Translations under genes and position numbers: made by a program
Part shown: piece after piece, positions 1-14,339 of the stretch
How positions within the stretch are numbered: the stretch's first letter is position 1
Layout of the letters: every line of letters starts with the position of its first letter
Notes under the pieces: model-generated
Told to the model about the DNA's origin: nothing
Database searches by the model: none
The model's input: the letters and a program-made list of their open reading frames with translations, nothing else
DNA from: Lama glama
Lineage: Eukaryota
Assembly: GCA_028534125.1 (NCBI GenBank)
Contig: CM052816.1
Span: 24,058,001 to 24,122,000 of the forward strand
Length of the DNA stretch: 64,000 nucleotides
Direction of reading: 5' to 3'

Positions 1-3000
1 CCAATCTATTCATTTTTATGCTAATTTATTCTGTGTTTACAATTAATCTGATAAAGGCTTGGTAAAATATCTTTGCTCAGCAATATTAGGCTATACCAGG
101 CAAAAGACAGTAATCTAGTGTACTTTTTTTTTTTTAAATCTGGGAGAAGGGAAAATGTTTGGGTTCTTATTTTGTTTTATGGGTGTTTTAAAGAACAACT
201 GAGCAACACTATATCCAAGTATCTCTTTAGGTCTATGGCTGTCACAATATTGTTTCCAAGTAGACTTAAGGATGCTCAAGTATGAATACCCTTTGAAGAG
301 AGAAATGTTCCAATCCCTTAAAATAACTTCAGCTGTTTTTATTTTTATTTTATTTTATTCTTCTATTTGAAAAGTCTGCAGTTGCAAAAAGCAGTTTCTG
401 GGGATAAACCACTATCACATCCTTCCACTCATTCATGAAACAAATACTTATTAATCAATTTTATCAAGCACCATACTAGATATTTTGCAGGCCTCCCAGT
501 TGCTATTTTTATAGTATAGGCTAGAGATAAAAGGTAGGTCTTTTATCTTAAACCCAGGGCATTTTCCACTATAACAAACAGCCTCTACTAAATTAAGTGC
601 TTACTCCAGTCAAAAAAGGTTGAGTTCCTTTTCCATAAAACCTCCCTTTTCATGTCACAGCCTCTCTGTGACAGTTTCCCAATTGTAAAATGGAAATAAT
701 AATCCCTGCCTATCAGTACTATCCCCTTGGAATCTTAAGGCTCTGTAAATAAAGATCAATTTGTAATAAGACAGCCACATAAAGCAGCCAAGGCTTCTAG
801 AGCTTGACTACCAAGCCAGCTGATAAGACTTGATTATAATATGGCAATTTAGGTGTCAGTGCCATGTTAGAAATGTGAGAGTGTGACTCACTGTTATACA
901 TTTCAAAAGGATTGGTAGGAAACTTATGCCGAGGCCTGGCTTTTCAATGGGTGGCCACTTTTTGACAAGAACAAGATTACATACTCAGCTGACCCTATCA
1001 GAGCAAAGACAGCACTTTCCCTGGGCCTGCACATGCTCTCAGTGTCGTCAATGCTACTCCTGTGGCACCTGCTGGGAAGCTCAAACCCATCACAGTATAC
1101 GAAGGACCAAGGTCCATGCCAGTGAGCACCTCTTAAGTCTTGGCAACTAGGGATCCTCTCCCCTTTGTTCTCACACTGTATCTCTGAAATATATATTGCA
1201 TTATATCTTGATCATGTTTTATGGGCCCACTGTGAATCTATACTTCTGTGTAAAGGTCCATTTATTTAGATGAACAAGATTTTCTATCGGCATCACCTCT
1301 GCAACTAGAAAGTGGCTATTAAACTAATACACTACCTTACATAGTTCATGTGAGGACTGTGTAAGATAAGGTGTTTGCTTACATAAAAAAACAAAGCTAA
1401 TTTATCAAAAATGAAGAAGGCTGTAAAGGGAGAAAGGTAGGATGTCATATGAGAGAGTTTTACTAGTTTTTCAGTAAGATGACATTACATATACTACCTA
1501 ATCATCTTCTTGCTGCCACAAAATACAGGTCAAACAATCATTTAGCACGCGAAATGAAGACTAGGGAACTACATTGCTTTCTAGCATTTTGATCAATGAA
1601 ATAAAATCTGGATCCCAATCACAACTGATGTTACCTTTTACACAGTAAATCAACCTTACCAAATAATCTTAAGTGACAGAAAAAAAAATGAACAGGAAAA
1701 GAAGGGGGAGCTTATATATAGCTATAAAGTCTTTAATGCATTTAAACTGCTTATTCAGAAGATGCTATGTACAAGGTAGTAGCTATGGTAGAGAATATCT
1801 TAAAATATACACAATGTTTACCCGCACTCAAGTTATCCAATTTCAAATTATTCTGGCATATCACATCATCCAAATGCTAAAATTGAAATAATCCTTTCCA
1901 GAAGTTTTAAATTCTATCCCAAACCAACACTTGTGCTAAATAAAAAACAAGATGGAAAAGCTTATTTAGCAGTGTAACGAGCTGCTTTAGTAGTTGAATA
2001 CACATCATTTCTATCTGTTTCTAAGCAATTCTCTTACTATTTCCTGTAACAACACGCACACTTTGGAAACAAGGAAAGAGATTATTTTTTTCCCCATGAC
2101 TTTAAGAGAACTTTTTACAAGTTCAACTCTGGATTAAGAATGGATTTATAGGTTAGGCAATAAATTGGTTTTGCAATTTGGAGTGAGGTGAACCCTGGCA
2201 CAGAATCCAACCCAATTCAAGTTTATTGTGATACACGTCAGATTTTTTTGTGCTAAGTAATACTACAAGATACATCAAAACAGTAGTTTTCCTACAGTCA
2301 AGAAAAAAGTTCTCTACAAAACACAGTTGTTCATAATATCTATGTCTGGCTACCCATTAACCATTGGGCAAAATAAGAATTCTTAGTATATGAGACCCTC
2401 ATAATCTGGCTGGCTTCCTTTAAAAACAGCCAGGGCTTACTGAAAGCCTACTGTGTGTCACATACTTCTCTGAATACTTACATGTACTACTTCCCTGAAC
2501 TGGCACATCTTACAGGTAAACTTACCCAAAATCATGCAGGTATTAAGGTGGCAGTGCAAAGAATCTTCTAACTGGCAGAACTCCACACTTTATAGCGAGA
2601 CAAAGTGAATTATTTTAATTATCTATTGTTGGCAAGGTGACAAAAGACAAATCACCCAACTCAGGAAACCATCCCACTCGAAATTCCCAATTGCCCAGCT
2701 ATTTTTCACTCTTTACCTTGCTTCATCCTTCCCTCCTTTCTCTGCTTCCAAATCTACATAAGCTAAGGGTTTCTGACATAATCCTCATAAAAACAAAAAT
2801 GACAGCCCAAGTTCTGCACTATATGGCACCAGAGGGGATTTTCAGAAATCTCTTGGTGCTTTGTACGAACTCCTCAGTCTTCAATGTCTAAGCAACTCTT
2901 CGCCCTTCAGGACTGTTACAGACAGCCGCACGAGACCACCTCTGGAGGAGAAAGAATTGCTGGTGTCCAGACAATCCATCTGGGAAGGCATGTAAAATGT

Positions 3001-3939
3001 CTCACTATGAAATTGTGTCCTAGAGTCATGTGAGATCTTTAACTCTGGAAGCTTATTTGGAGGCTATGGTGGTAGAGAGGGTGGGTAAAATAGGCCCTTC
3101 AGTTTGTGTATTACCTAGGATTTTCTTTTTCCAATTACAAACCCACATTAGCTTCTCAAGCTAGCAACTCATTTTAATCAAATGCTAAGTCCTACTAAGT
3201 TCTTTCTCCTCTTAAATGCTTTACTTACGCAACCTCTTGACCCCTGATTCTACCTACACATCCATGCCCTTTCAGGAAGGCTTGAAAAATAAAATTATCC
3301 ACACAGAATTCTTGAGATTTGTCATCACTGTTTTGTAATCACACATAGTAATATTTGGCATGATTAAAGAAAAGGTAAATATTAGTCTGTTTTAGAAGGT
3401 CTCTGTACTTTTCCAATCACAGACCACTTTCCTATTTCTATTGTTTTTCCTTGAAATCTTTATACACCCTCAAACTCCCATCCTTTAAATTAGAAAATTA
3501 CTGAAAGAGTTCTAACTAAAATATTTAATTTGACATGTTGCTTTATTGCTGAAATACCAGTTTTAAAGTATTTTCTCCTGGGAAGAGAAAGTCAAAGCCT
3601 TTAACATACTTTGAAGACGGATCTGAGATCATCCTTTAGATCTTAGCCTAAACGTAGCTTCCTTCCCAGAGCACCCAGCATAGTTTCTTCTCATCAGTGC
3701 CCCTTTAAAAACCTTCTTCAAGGGATGTACCACACTCAGTAATTATTTTTTTACTAATTCAGTTTTTATAATCTATGTACCTACCTCCACTCCTTCAACA
3801 TGTATTAAAATGGAAGGTCCACAAGGGCACAAATCTTTCCTGTCATTTTAATCAAAGACATACTGAATGAATATTGAGACTTTATGGGTAATCTGCTTTC
3901 CAAAGAACGTCCTGAAATAGTAAGAAGTAAAAATTTAAG

Positions 3940-4105
3940 TGTCTGCTCCTCAGTTAGATCCAGGCTTAAATTCCAGCTCTGCTACTCACTAGCTATATGA
4001 ATTCTGGCAAATTGTTTAACCCCTATGGCCCTACAGTTTACATCTATAAAAAGGAGATAATATTACCTACCCCATACTGTTTGAGAAGATTAAGTAAAAA
4101 AATAT
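3940..4105 (+). mobile_element. MIR SINE
   Basis: Core GGCTTAAATTCCAGCTCTGCTACTCACTAGCT...CAGTTTACATCTATAAAA...GATAATA. Confidence 0.75.
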
Positions 4106-4830
4106 GCTGATTGTATGGAATACAGAAATTCTCATACACTGCTGGTGGGAATATAAATTGGTACACAACTTTGGAAAAAAGGTTTGGGCATTATCTTCCT
4201 CAGTTGAAAAAATGCATACCTTTTAAGCCAGCAATTCTACTTCTATATATATCCCTATAGATAAACAATACTTATATGAAGCAGGACACTTATATAAAAA
4301 TGTTCTTATCAGCATTGTTAATAAGTGCTTAGAACTAAAAACACCCACAAACATCCGTAACCACAGAGTAAATTGTAGCACTTCATATAATGGAAGAAAA
4401 TTAGCAACAAAAATGAATGAATTATAAATATACACAAACACAGGTGAGCAAAAGATGACAGATTTTAAAAATACTCTAATTCCATATAAAGTTTTAAAGC
4501 AGTCAAAACTAGACTAACAGTCTTTAGGAACACATAAAGGTTAAAAAAAAAAGAAGCCATTAAAAAAAGATCAAGACCAAGACTCAAAAAAATGATCACT
4601 CCTCCCTGCAAAAAAAAAAAAAAAAAAAAAAAAAAATTCATCGCAAGTCAGGAAAGAGGACAATGACTATTTTCGGTGCAGGGGATTATAAAGGGTGCAC
4701 AGAGGGCTTCTGGGGTGCCAGCAATGTTCTATTCCTTGATCTGGTTGGTGATCACTTAATGAAGTTATACATTTATGCTTTATTTTTTTCTGATATATTC
4801 CCTAATTAAAAGATTAAGCAAGAAAATATA
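4106..4830 (+). mobile_element. Old L1M (L1ME-like) 3' fragment with an internal poly(A) run at 4610-4636
   Basis: CTCATACACTGCTGGTGGGAATATAAATTGGTAC...CCAGCAATTCTACTTCTA and 3' UTR-type GGGCTTCTGGGGTGCCAGCAATGTTCTATT. Confidence 0.8.
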
Positions 4831-7800
4831 TTAAATGCTTGATACATTATCTAACATTAACAGAGTAAGTTAAATTTTGGCTATTATTATAAAAAACAAA
4901 TTACATAATCTATTATTGCAACTGTCCATTGAGTAGTTTAAATGACTCATTTTTAAACTCACCCAAAAATGCATACCTTTTAACCCAGCAATTCTACTCC
5001 TAAATATTCCCTATAGATAGACAATACTTACATGATGTAAGACACATATAAAAATGTTCTTTTCAGCATTGTTAAAAATTGCTAAGAACTAGAAACAATC
5101 CTATACACCATTGGATGAGTTTAAAAATAAATACTGCAATAGTATTAATCTAGATTCTAATATATCGCTTCTTATAATTTGATACTGGTAGAGTTTAAGA
5201 TTACCTCTGGAAGAATAAACAAAAACACTGAACTTTACATACAAATATGGATCTCCATTTGGAATAGTGGCACAGGATTTATTATCCACACCATCATCAA
5301 GTCAGCAGGGTACAGAGTGGAAGAATCTGGCTTTGATAACCAACTATCACAGCACTACTAGAAATGTTTTGCAACTTCTTAGGCATTAAAAATGTGCTTA
5401 GTCAATGAAAGCTTCCTCCCTTTGCTATTTTCTTTAATGGCAAATGATAAACACTTTACAGCAGGGCTGGCAAGAGTTAATGTTAGATTGCACAGATTGC
5501 AGTCTGAGAATAGAAGCAAAACTACTGGGCCCAGCTTTATTTAAGCAAATTAAATCACTGTTGGTGATAGCCAGAGGAATGGGGAATCTATTTCAGAGCA
5601 CAGTTAATATAAAATAACTCACTGCTTTGTTTACAAGCAGCTTATTGTTAATTGAAAAAATCAAAACGAAAAACAAAGTCACACTACAAAAAAATTAAAG
5701 TTCACCCGAAAATGCTATTTAAACCTTAAGAACAAACTTCTGAACTAATGTATTAGTAGATACTTTAAAAGATTAAAATTTTCTCATATAGTTTAACAGC
5801 ATCTGCCTAATACCAAGGTAAGGTGTTAAAAATCATGAAACATAGTCAAATCACTAACTAAAAATAGATGCATACATATGCAAATTTAGATGCCAAAGTG
5901 GCTGGGTTTATTTTAACCATTTTTTCATCAAGTATTAGCCAATTATATCATCCCAAAGCTACCAACATTTCCTATCCGTGCTGTCGGTGATTGGTGTATT
6001 CAGTGTAATGCTGCCCATACAGACTACACTCTCAAAACAAAGTATTGTTTTACAGGAATCCAATCTGCTCTGGGTAACAATGGTCTATTAATATCCAGTG
6101 GCATTAATGCAAAGCTCAAAACTCAAGTGCCACAGATAAAAGTGGATGGTGTGACCATGTGACTTTACAATGAATCAAGTCAGAACTGCTGATTGCAGTC
6201 AAAGAATTCAGTCCTCTACCTAGCCCATGTGTTCTTTACTAACCATTCAAGACTGAGTTATAACGAAATGCATTAAGAATAGCGTAACTTAGGCACCATT
6301 TCAAATCCCTCACAACAGACTAATGGCTGAAAAATATTTTCATTCAAATGACCAGAAAACTTGTACCTTCCAGTGTCAATTAATATCTGTGTCATCTACA
6401 TTGCAAATTGTTTTATTTTTTAAAATAACAAGAATCAAGTTATCAAGAAGACAACTATGACTAGCAGTATCATAAATGGGTCAAGTATTAGAACAGCAAT
6501 ATAAGTGGAGAACCATGTAATTTAGTGCATGATATGCACTTGGTATTTCATGTATTTCTCACATGAATATATGCTATTTCTCACTATAAATTATCACCTT
6601 TCCCGTTTTCTATAAAAGGAAACTGAGGATTACAGGTGGCAAGTCTTTTTTTGGAAGATCACACAAGTATTAAGGAGAAAGGCCAAGGTTTAAATCCCTG
6701 ACTGACAGCTTAACATATATGTATGGAAAATAACCTGGGACAAATTGTAAAAAAGCAAGCCCAGAAAGGAAATACTCTTGATAGATACAGCTGCAATGAG
6801 TTGCTGCCTTTTTAAACAGAACAGTTCCACAACTGTGTGTAACATGGATAGCTTAAAGTGAAGTATTACTTGCTTAAAATATCAGAGAAGTGAGCCGAAG
6901 AGACAGCAGAACTGGTAATTAAATGCAAATCTCTAGGGAAAAAAAAATGGAATGATAGCAAGGGTAAGCTCCAAATCTCAGGTGACTACTAAATCACAGA
7001 GGTACTGGGGAGGCCCCCCTCACATACACATCCTCTCCCACAATGAGACAGGCTAAAAAAGTAGCAGATGAAAAACACAGAACACAACAAAGATACCAGC
7101 AACTGTATAGTGGGAAGAGAGAACCCAGTGTGCAGTCTGAATCTAGACAAATCAAGTACCTATTAGAACAAAAACAATAATCCTTAGAAGAATATTTTAA
7201 AACAACTACCCAAAGTTGCTATAATGTATTATCTACATGTCCAATCTTTACCCTTAACTACTACTAAACAGGAAAACGTATCCCATAATCAAGAAAAACA
7301 CAATCATTAGAAATTAAATTCAAGTGTGCACAGATGTTAGTTTTAAGAAATAAGACTTCAAAATAGCTATAATAAATGTTAAAAAAAATTAAAGGTAAAT
7401 AGGGAATCAGTGAGTAACAGGGAATCTCAACAAAATAAATTTTTAAAAATTAGATTTTGAGTACTTATTTACTAAAGATTAATTATTTAATGCTGGGTAG
7501 GAGGACTGAGGTAAAATTACAGTTTTTAAATGTATATAAAAATGCAAAGTACCAAGGATTTGAGGTCTTTAACTTTTCTGTTTTCCAAACCTCCTGTATT
7601 ATCTTCTCTTTATAATGAAATAATTAACATCTTAAACAAAGTACAATGAAACCCTTGGAGTAAATTTTTAGTTTTTGTTGTGAAAAGGATTAATCCCTCG
7701 CCTCTTAAAATTTGACACTCTAGGATGACTTGAGACTGAAATTTTCCAAAAACATGTAGCTGGTTGACTCTTTTGTACTGAGATTTTACGCACCATTATT

Positions 7801-8824
7801 TTGTGCCAGCACTATGCTAGATGGAGATGCTGTGACAACCAGAACTGAAGTCCTGTCTCTGCGTCTGCTCTATAGGGCTATTCTAGACTGCTATTGTCTG
7901 AGAATTCTGTTTCTGCTTTTCCTAATCTTCTTAACTTCTCTCTCTCTCAACATGCTGGCCATTGTTGAATCCACCTCTGTCAGTGTTCATTTTCCCTTCT
8001 AACCTGCCCTGGTTCTGGAAAGCAGAAAGTCGTATTTGTTACAACTATGTATGAAGTGTTTAACTATGCCGTCCCCAAGTGCAGGTGTGCTTAATCCTTT
8101 TATATGAAAGCCTTTCTGTTATTATTGTTGCTTTGCTTAATTACTAGATCAGCCTTGTTTCTGATCAGCAAATCTGCCAAATAACTGGGGCTGAAATAGG
8201 TGAGACAGTAATTTCTTAAGTGCAACAATCCCAATCTATTATTTCTAGAAATTAATAGTAAGCCAGTGCTGTGAGTAATTTATCATAAAGCTTAATTTCT
8301 AAAATAATAAAGCCTGATTAGTTATGTCTGAAGCCATCAGGTTCTATATGAGAGGTAATATCTAGACCCAACTTTTCCAAGTGATATCTCATCATGATTC
8401 AAACTTACCATTTAGAAATTGTATATCTGACTTCCCTATAGGATTCTAATAGGCCACTTAATAAGCAACTTATATGTTTGTCCTAATACCTCACATGTGA
8501 GCTTTTATTAACGTGCCTAGGTTTAAATCCAGGACCTACTCCTTACTGGCAATTTGTTATTAGCCTGAGTTTCTCTATCTATAAACTAACTGGTATGGAA
8601 GGTTAAGGTGCCCAGATTACAAAATGCTCCTGAAACACAGATGTTGAATAATTGGTAACAATGCAATTCAGTGTACAAGTTATCTAAGGGTTAAAGCCAG
8701 ATCTTTGATAGCTAGCATTTGTCTATATTAGAATGTTTAAAAGTTGACAATCAGCATAGCAAAAAAATAAAAAATAAAACAACATGCACTATGATTACCA
8801 AGGTGTAAGACTCTCAACATGATC

Positions 8825-8965
8825 TAGGACATTGGTTCTCAAACCTGGCTCTCTGAGAATCACTAGGAAACCTTTTTTAAAAATGACATATGTATTCTTT
8901 GTGAGAGAGGAGTCTGTAACTTTTCTCCAGGTTATTCTTCTAGAAATTTGGGGATCACTGCTACA
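8825..8965. mobile_element. MER5A-like hAT MITE (degraded)
   Basis: CATTGGTTCTCAAAC...AGAATCACTAGG...TTTGGGGATCACTG termini. Confidence 0.6.
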
Positions 8966-9418
8966 GAAGAAAATGAAAGCGAAGCAGAGCACTAGTTTCA
9001 AAGAGATGCAGACTCACCAAGTATTAGTTATGCGCTTTCAGCAAACTGCAGCCTTGCAAAATACAACTGCCACTCCAAGACCTTCTGAAAATCCACCTTC
9101 TCAAAGACAGGTGGTGAAGATCAAACAGACATGTGAAAGTGCTTAACACTTTATACAATATTAAGAAATTCTTCACAGCATTTCCAATTAAAGACCCAGA
9201 TCTAAGAGATTCCACTGATTTAACAAATACTCCATTGAGGCCTAATATCTTCTAAACACCTTTATTTAAGGAAGGACCCCATGCAAAATTAGAAGAAAAT
9301 TTGACTGTTTAATGGTTTTAAACTAGTGGTGATTATTTAATATGGAAGGAAAGGAAGGCAGGAAGAAAAGAAAGGAGGAACGAGAGAAGGAAGTTCCTTT
9401 ATATATCACTTCCCTTGA

Positions 9419-9598
9419 CACCACTGTCTAATAGATCTCCCTGTGATGAGGGAAATGTTCTACTCCACTGTCCAGTATGGTAGCCTCTAGCCACATGTGG
9501 GTACCGAGCACTTAAATGTGGTTCAAGTTACTGAACTTTTAACTTTAATTTAAACTTAGTTTAACAGCCACATGTGGCTACAGTATTGAAAAGTGCAA
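9419..9598 (+). mobile_element. MER3 (hAT-Charlie MITE)
   Basis: CTGTCTAATAGA...GGAAATGTTCTA...GGTAGCCTCTAGCCACATGTGG...AGCCACATGTGGCTA. Confidence 0.85.
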
Positions 9599-10113
9599 AC
9601 CTAGAACATTAAAAAATTTCCATTACACTTTTGGGAAATACAGATAGGGAAAGGCAGAGGAAAAAGAAAAAAGAAACCCTCAGATTCCATTTATAAGAAA
9701 CTTCTTTATAATTTTTTTTTAAGGTTTGTCTATAGGGAAAAGATACATCCATACAGTGAAGCTGAGGAATCCAAATATTTTCTACTTTAATGGACTAAAA
9801 ATACAACTTTTTTGAGTTTTTAAAAAGAAAAAAACCCACCAAGATAGTAAGAACTTTATAGTACTAAACTGCCGAATACTGGAATTAGCAGCAACTGGGA
9901 GTCAAAATGGTTGCTCCAAGTTCCAACCTTGGCTCTGCCAGTTACAGGTCCTATTTTTTTGGGACAGTTTACTTACCTCTTTTGTGTCTCCAAATGTACA
10001 GACTGGGGCAATCTGCCTGTCCAATGTTCTTTAGAGAGTCTAGTAACAGTATAAGGTATGTAAAAGAGTTTAAAATTCTTTCATACTACATTAATTTATA
10101 AAGAATAGTTCTG

Positions 10114-11300
10114 TTATTCAACATGTGTTGACTGAAGGTCTGCTATGAAGTAGGGCCATAATAATAAACAGACACAGTCTGTTTCTCATGGAGCTTGAGA
10201 AGTCAACTCAATTCAAGCTGACTCAAATAACCAGGTTAATAAACATACTATCACTAACTGAAGTAAGGGCTATAAGGGAAAAGGAGTTTGTCCTAGACTG
10301 GAGGAGAAAGGCTTCCTCTCTGAGGAAATGAGGATTAAAGTGAAATCTTACAACTGAAAAGTCAGCAGTGTGGCATGGGGGGAGAAGGGAGGAGTTCACG
10401 GACAGTGCTCCATACAAAGGCTTACAGCCAAGGGAAGTATTGAGCCATTGAGGAATTGAAACAATGAAGAGGCAGACCAGAATTAGACAATGTAAGGCTA
10501 GTTTTAAGCCAAGGGATAACATGATCAATTTTATTTTTAAAAGATCCCTTTGAACACAAAAGTGACAGGAGGGCATAGTAAATATAGGGAAACTAGTTAG
10601 AAGGCTGCTGGAGACGGACATGCTGCAGTTTGGTCTATGATGCCAGAAATGAGGATGAAAAGAACACTAAGGAAATAAAGGTGATACAAAGAACTCGGGG
10701 ATGAATTGGATGTAGAGGGATGAGAAAAAGTGTGAAGGATGACTCAATTTTCTCACCTGCATAATATGATGAATATGTCTCACAGAGACCAAGGACATGC
10801 TGAAAGAAGGCCTGGGTTGATTTTCGGAGGAGGAAGGAGAAAATTATCAGTCTGTGACTCTAGGGTGTCTTTGAGCCATAAAGTGAAAAATGTCCAGCAG
10901 GCCTTGGGTGCCCAGAATTCAGAGAAGGGGTATTAGCAGGAGACAAAATTTAGGGAGTAATTAGCCTACAGGTGATACAGACAGGGTGATATACAGAGAG
11001 AGAAGACGACATAGGAAAAAGAAAAGCTAGAATCAAGCCTTGAGGATGGACAGTTTAGAGATGGAGGAGACTGCAGAAGACATTGGGCTGAAAGAGCCAG
11101 AGAGGGAGAAGGAAAATTAAGAGAGTGGTGTGACAGAAGCCAAGTAAGTGCCAAGAAGACTTCAAAAGAACATCAAATGCTGCTGGAAGGTTGAATATGG
11201 CTGCGAAAAAAAGTTTCCTGGAACTGGTGATAAGAATAACTGATAATTTTAATAAGAACTACTTAGGGGAAATGATGGGGTAGGAGCCATACTACAGCAC
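10114..11300 (-). mobile_element. L2 LINE fragment
   Basis: Begins with an L2 tail ATTCAACATGTGTTGACTGA...CTATG, then a purine-rich body typical of antisense L2. Confidence 0.75.
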
Positions 11301-12049
11301 AGAGTCAGGGTCCTCAAAGGTCCTTTAAGTCTTCCTCCACTAGAGTAATAAAGCCTGCTCTACCAAGCCACTTACCCACCAAAAAGCTCCAAAATGACGC
11401 TCACGGTAAACTCTGTTAGAAGCTACACCATTGAAGGAACCAATTCACATCAGCCCAACGAATAGCCATCCAGAAGATTCTGGTTATTCTTAATCTAGAT
11501 GAATAGCTAATTTGTCAATGTTCAGGAACAGCACAGTAAAAAATTAAAGCAGAGAGCTTTGTGAGCCCATGAGTACTATGAATATACCAGCCATAATTAT
11601 CTTCTCCAGAGGCACAAGATTCCACTAAGCTACTTCTGCTTTTCAGATCTTCCCTTTCTAATCAGAAATCCCCAAGTTCTCTATGGGCTCCAAGTTTTTC
11701 ATAATGGCTTAATACATCACTAGTACATGTTCTAGTGAAAAATGGAAGAATAATACAGCCATTGTCAGATGACAGCTTTCATATTTTAAATGGGAAATCA
11801 TTGCTATACTTTAGACTTCAACATTTTAATTAGTTTTCCTTGTCCATTCCCCACTCCTTCACTTTGTGGAGGCAACTCACTAGTTCCCTGCAAAATACTC
11901 ATTTTCATGGTTTTACCTAAAATGTAGCATAAAAGCACATTTTTATGCTATAAATTAAAACTCATTTTCTCAAGTTCTATTATTATTTCACAAATCAGTA
12001 GATGCAATTTTATAAGTGTTTGCCCCATTATAGAACTAATTTGTAGAAT

Positions 12050-12860
12050 GCAACCCACCCAACTCTTTGAGTCCACCTCCCAAACTTGCTCTTCCTAGTC
12101 TTCCATGTCTCCATAAATATCGACTCCATTCTCAACAGGGGAAGACTCTGATCCAAACTGTCACCACATCTCAACAACTACATCCAGCATCTAAACACCA
12201 GTCATTGTATCAAACACTATCACTCTGTAAGAGTTATCATCGTCTCAACTGAAGCACTGCAATAGGCTCCTAACTGGTTTCCCAGCTTCCACTCTTACAC
12301 CCTTACAGGATATTCTCCAGAGCAATGGGTGACAGTTTGATAGTGTAAGTCAGATCATGTCAAGTCTGTGCTCAAAACTCTCCATGACTCCCTACATCAT
12401 TCAGAGTAAAATCCTAAGTCTTCATCATGATCTACAAGGTTCTACACTATTTGTTCTTCACTGCTCTCTAACCTCCTCTCCTATCACTCTCCCTCATCAC
12501 TCCAGTCTTGCTAGCCTCCCTGTTTCTGAATCAAGCTTAGCACTTTCCAGCACACTCCCGCCTCAAGGTCTTGGTGTTTGCACTTCCTCTGCCCCAAGTA
12601 TTTGCAGGGGCTGATCTTTCACTCCTGTCTAGTGTCTGTTCACATATTAGAGAGGGCTTGTCTAACTACCGTAGAACAGCACCACCCCAGCTATTACCAT
12701 CTATCCACATTTAACTTCTTCACAGCAGTTACATCTGAGCTATTCGCTGGTCTCCTACCACCAGAATGAAAGCCCCATGACTTTGCTGTGCTCACAACTA
12801 TATCCCCAGCATTCACAACAGGGCTATTTTTGGTGCTCAATTAAGATTTGCTGAGTAACT
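12050..12860 (+). mobile_element. L2 LINE 3' fragment
   Basis: GCAATAGGCTCCTAACTGGTTTCCC...TCAGATCATGTC...CTGTGCTCAAAACTCTCCATGACTCCC...GGTGCTCAATTAAGATTTGCTGAGT. Confidence 0.8.
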
Positions 12861-14339
12861 AAACTCATATTCAGTTCATTTCAGCATGGAACCAATTCAA
12901 TTAGTACCACAGACTTGCCAAACACGTAGGAAACGTGTAATTAAAAATTAGTGAAAATAAACACACTCAACATGTAACAATCAAGAAACGTTCTTTTGGT
13001 CCTTTAAATTCTGGTCTGACAGAATCAGGAATTTAAGTGTGAACACAGACACACAGAGAAGACATCAATGAAAACAGCAATGTACAGATTTTTTGCCAAG
13101 TTTTAAATCCCCAAATTTACCTTTCCTTCTGCCCAGGCAGGCAGTTGGTATATACTTGGGCAATGTGTACAGTCTTATGGGTAAACCAGACTTCAGCCCT
13201 GGTGGCATGAGTTTAGAGCGTGGAGCCCCTGACAAAACTGTCAAATAGTTCAAGTTTGTGTCACACGCAAATATTTCTGATTAGAGTCCCACCTTTATTC
13301 ATTCCTAGGACTACTGTACTCCTTATACCCAAGGATATGACCCATTCTTGTTCCTCCAGGGTGACCTTCACAGACTCAAGTTCTGTGCTGTCGTGATCAG
13401 TAGTATGTGAAATTTTTTGTCCACGAGTCAACACAGCCCCTTCAGAGCAGCAGCTACACTTGCTCAGTCTTAAAGTACTTGTTAAGAGGGAGGAACTGCC
13501 AACCCTGATACACTCAGTAAACAAATCTTTATTGAGTACCTATTCTCTATATGGAGATGAATGAGATGCAAGCTCAGATCCTAGTGAAAGAGACAATCAT
13601 ATTAGTTAATAATTACATTATCACAAACATCACAAGAAACTATCTCTTTTCCCTCAGTTATGTAATCATTTCACTCTCAGAAGGTCAAGGTAGAGGACTG
13701 ATGTTTGCAATCTCCAACACATCCCCCCTCCACATCCCTGCCATATCAGAGCAGGTCTGGGGGATAGGCAGGAAGAAGAGGTAACAAGGAAGAGGAGCCA
13801 CTGTGTCCTGGCAATAGTCAGAAAAACTTGGGTGTGACTTCCAGCTGTACCACTTTCTAGGAGAGTGGCATTATGCTATTTCTCCAGCTTCTATGAGCCC
13901 ATTTTATCCTAAGTAAAATGTGTATAAGACCTATTTCACATTATATGAAAAAAACCAGCAAGCCCAGTGAACCATAAAAGACACTTGATGCACTTGCTTC
14001 CTTAAACCTTTCCCTTTTTATTAATGAGAAAGGCTAAAAATAGAGAAACCATATACAGAGACTGGACGTATCACCAGCAAAAGGCTCCCAAGCTTTGGCC
14101 TAAGGACAACTATGCAAAGGTAATGCTATCTTTTAAAGCTACTTTAATAATGCTTTAAATCCAGTAGGAACTAATATGAACTGTCCACCACTATACTTTT
14201 CCACATTTGATAATCATGCTTTCCATCGTACATGCTGAAGTTGTCCATCAAATACTTACTTCTTTCTCCTTCCACTTTTTAATTTCTTCTTGTAGGGACA
14301 GGAATCACTACTTTTTTGTTCTTTCAAATACTTAAAAAA

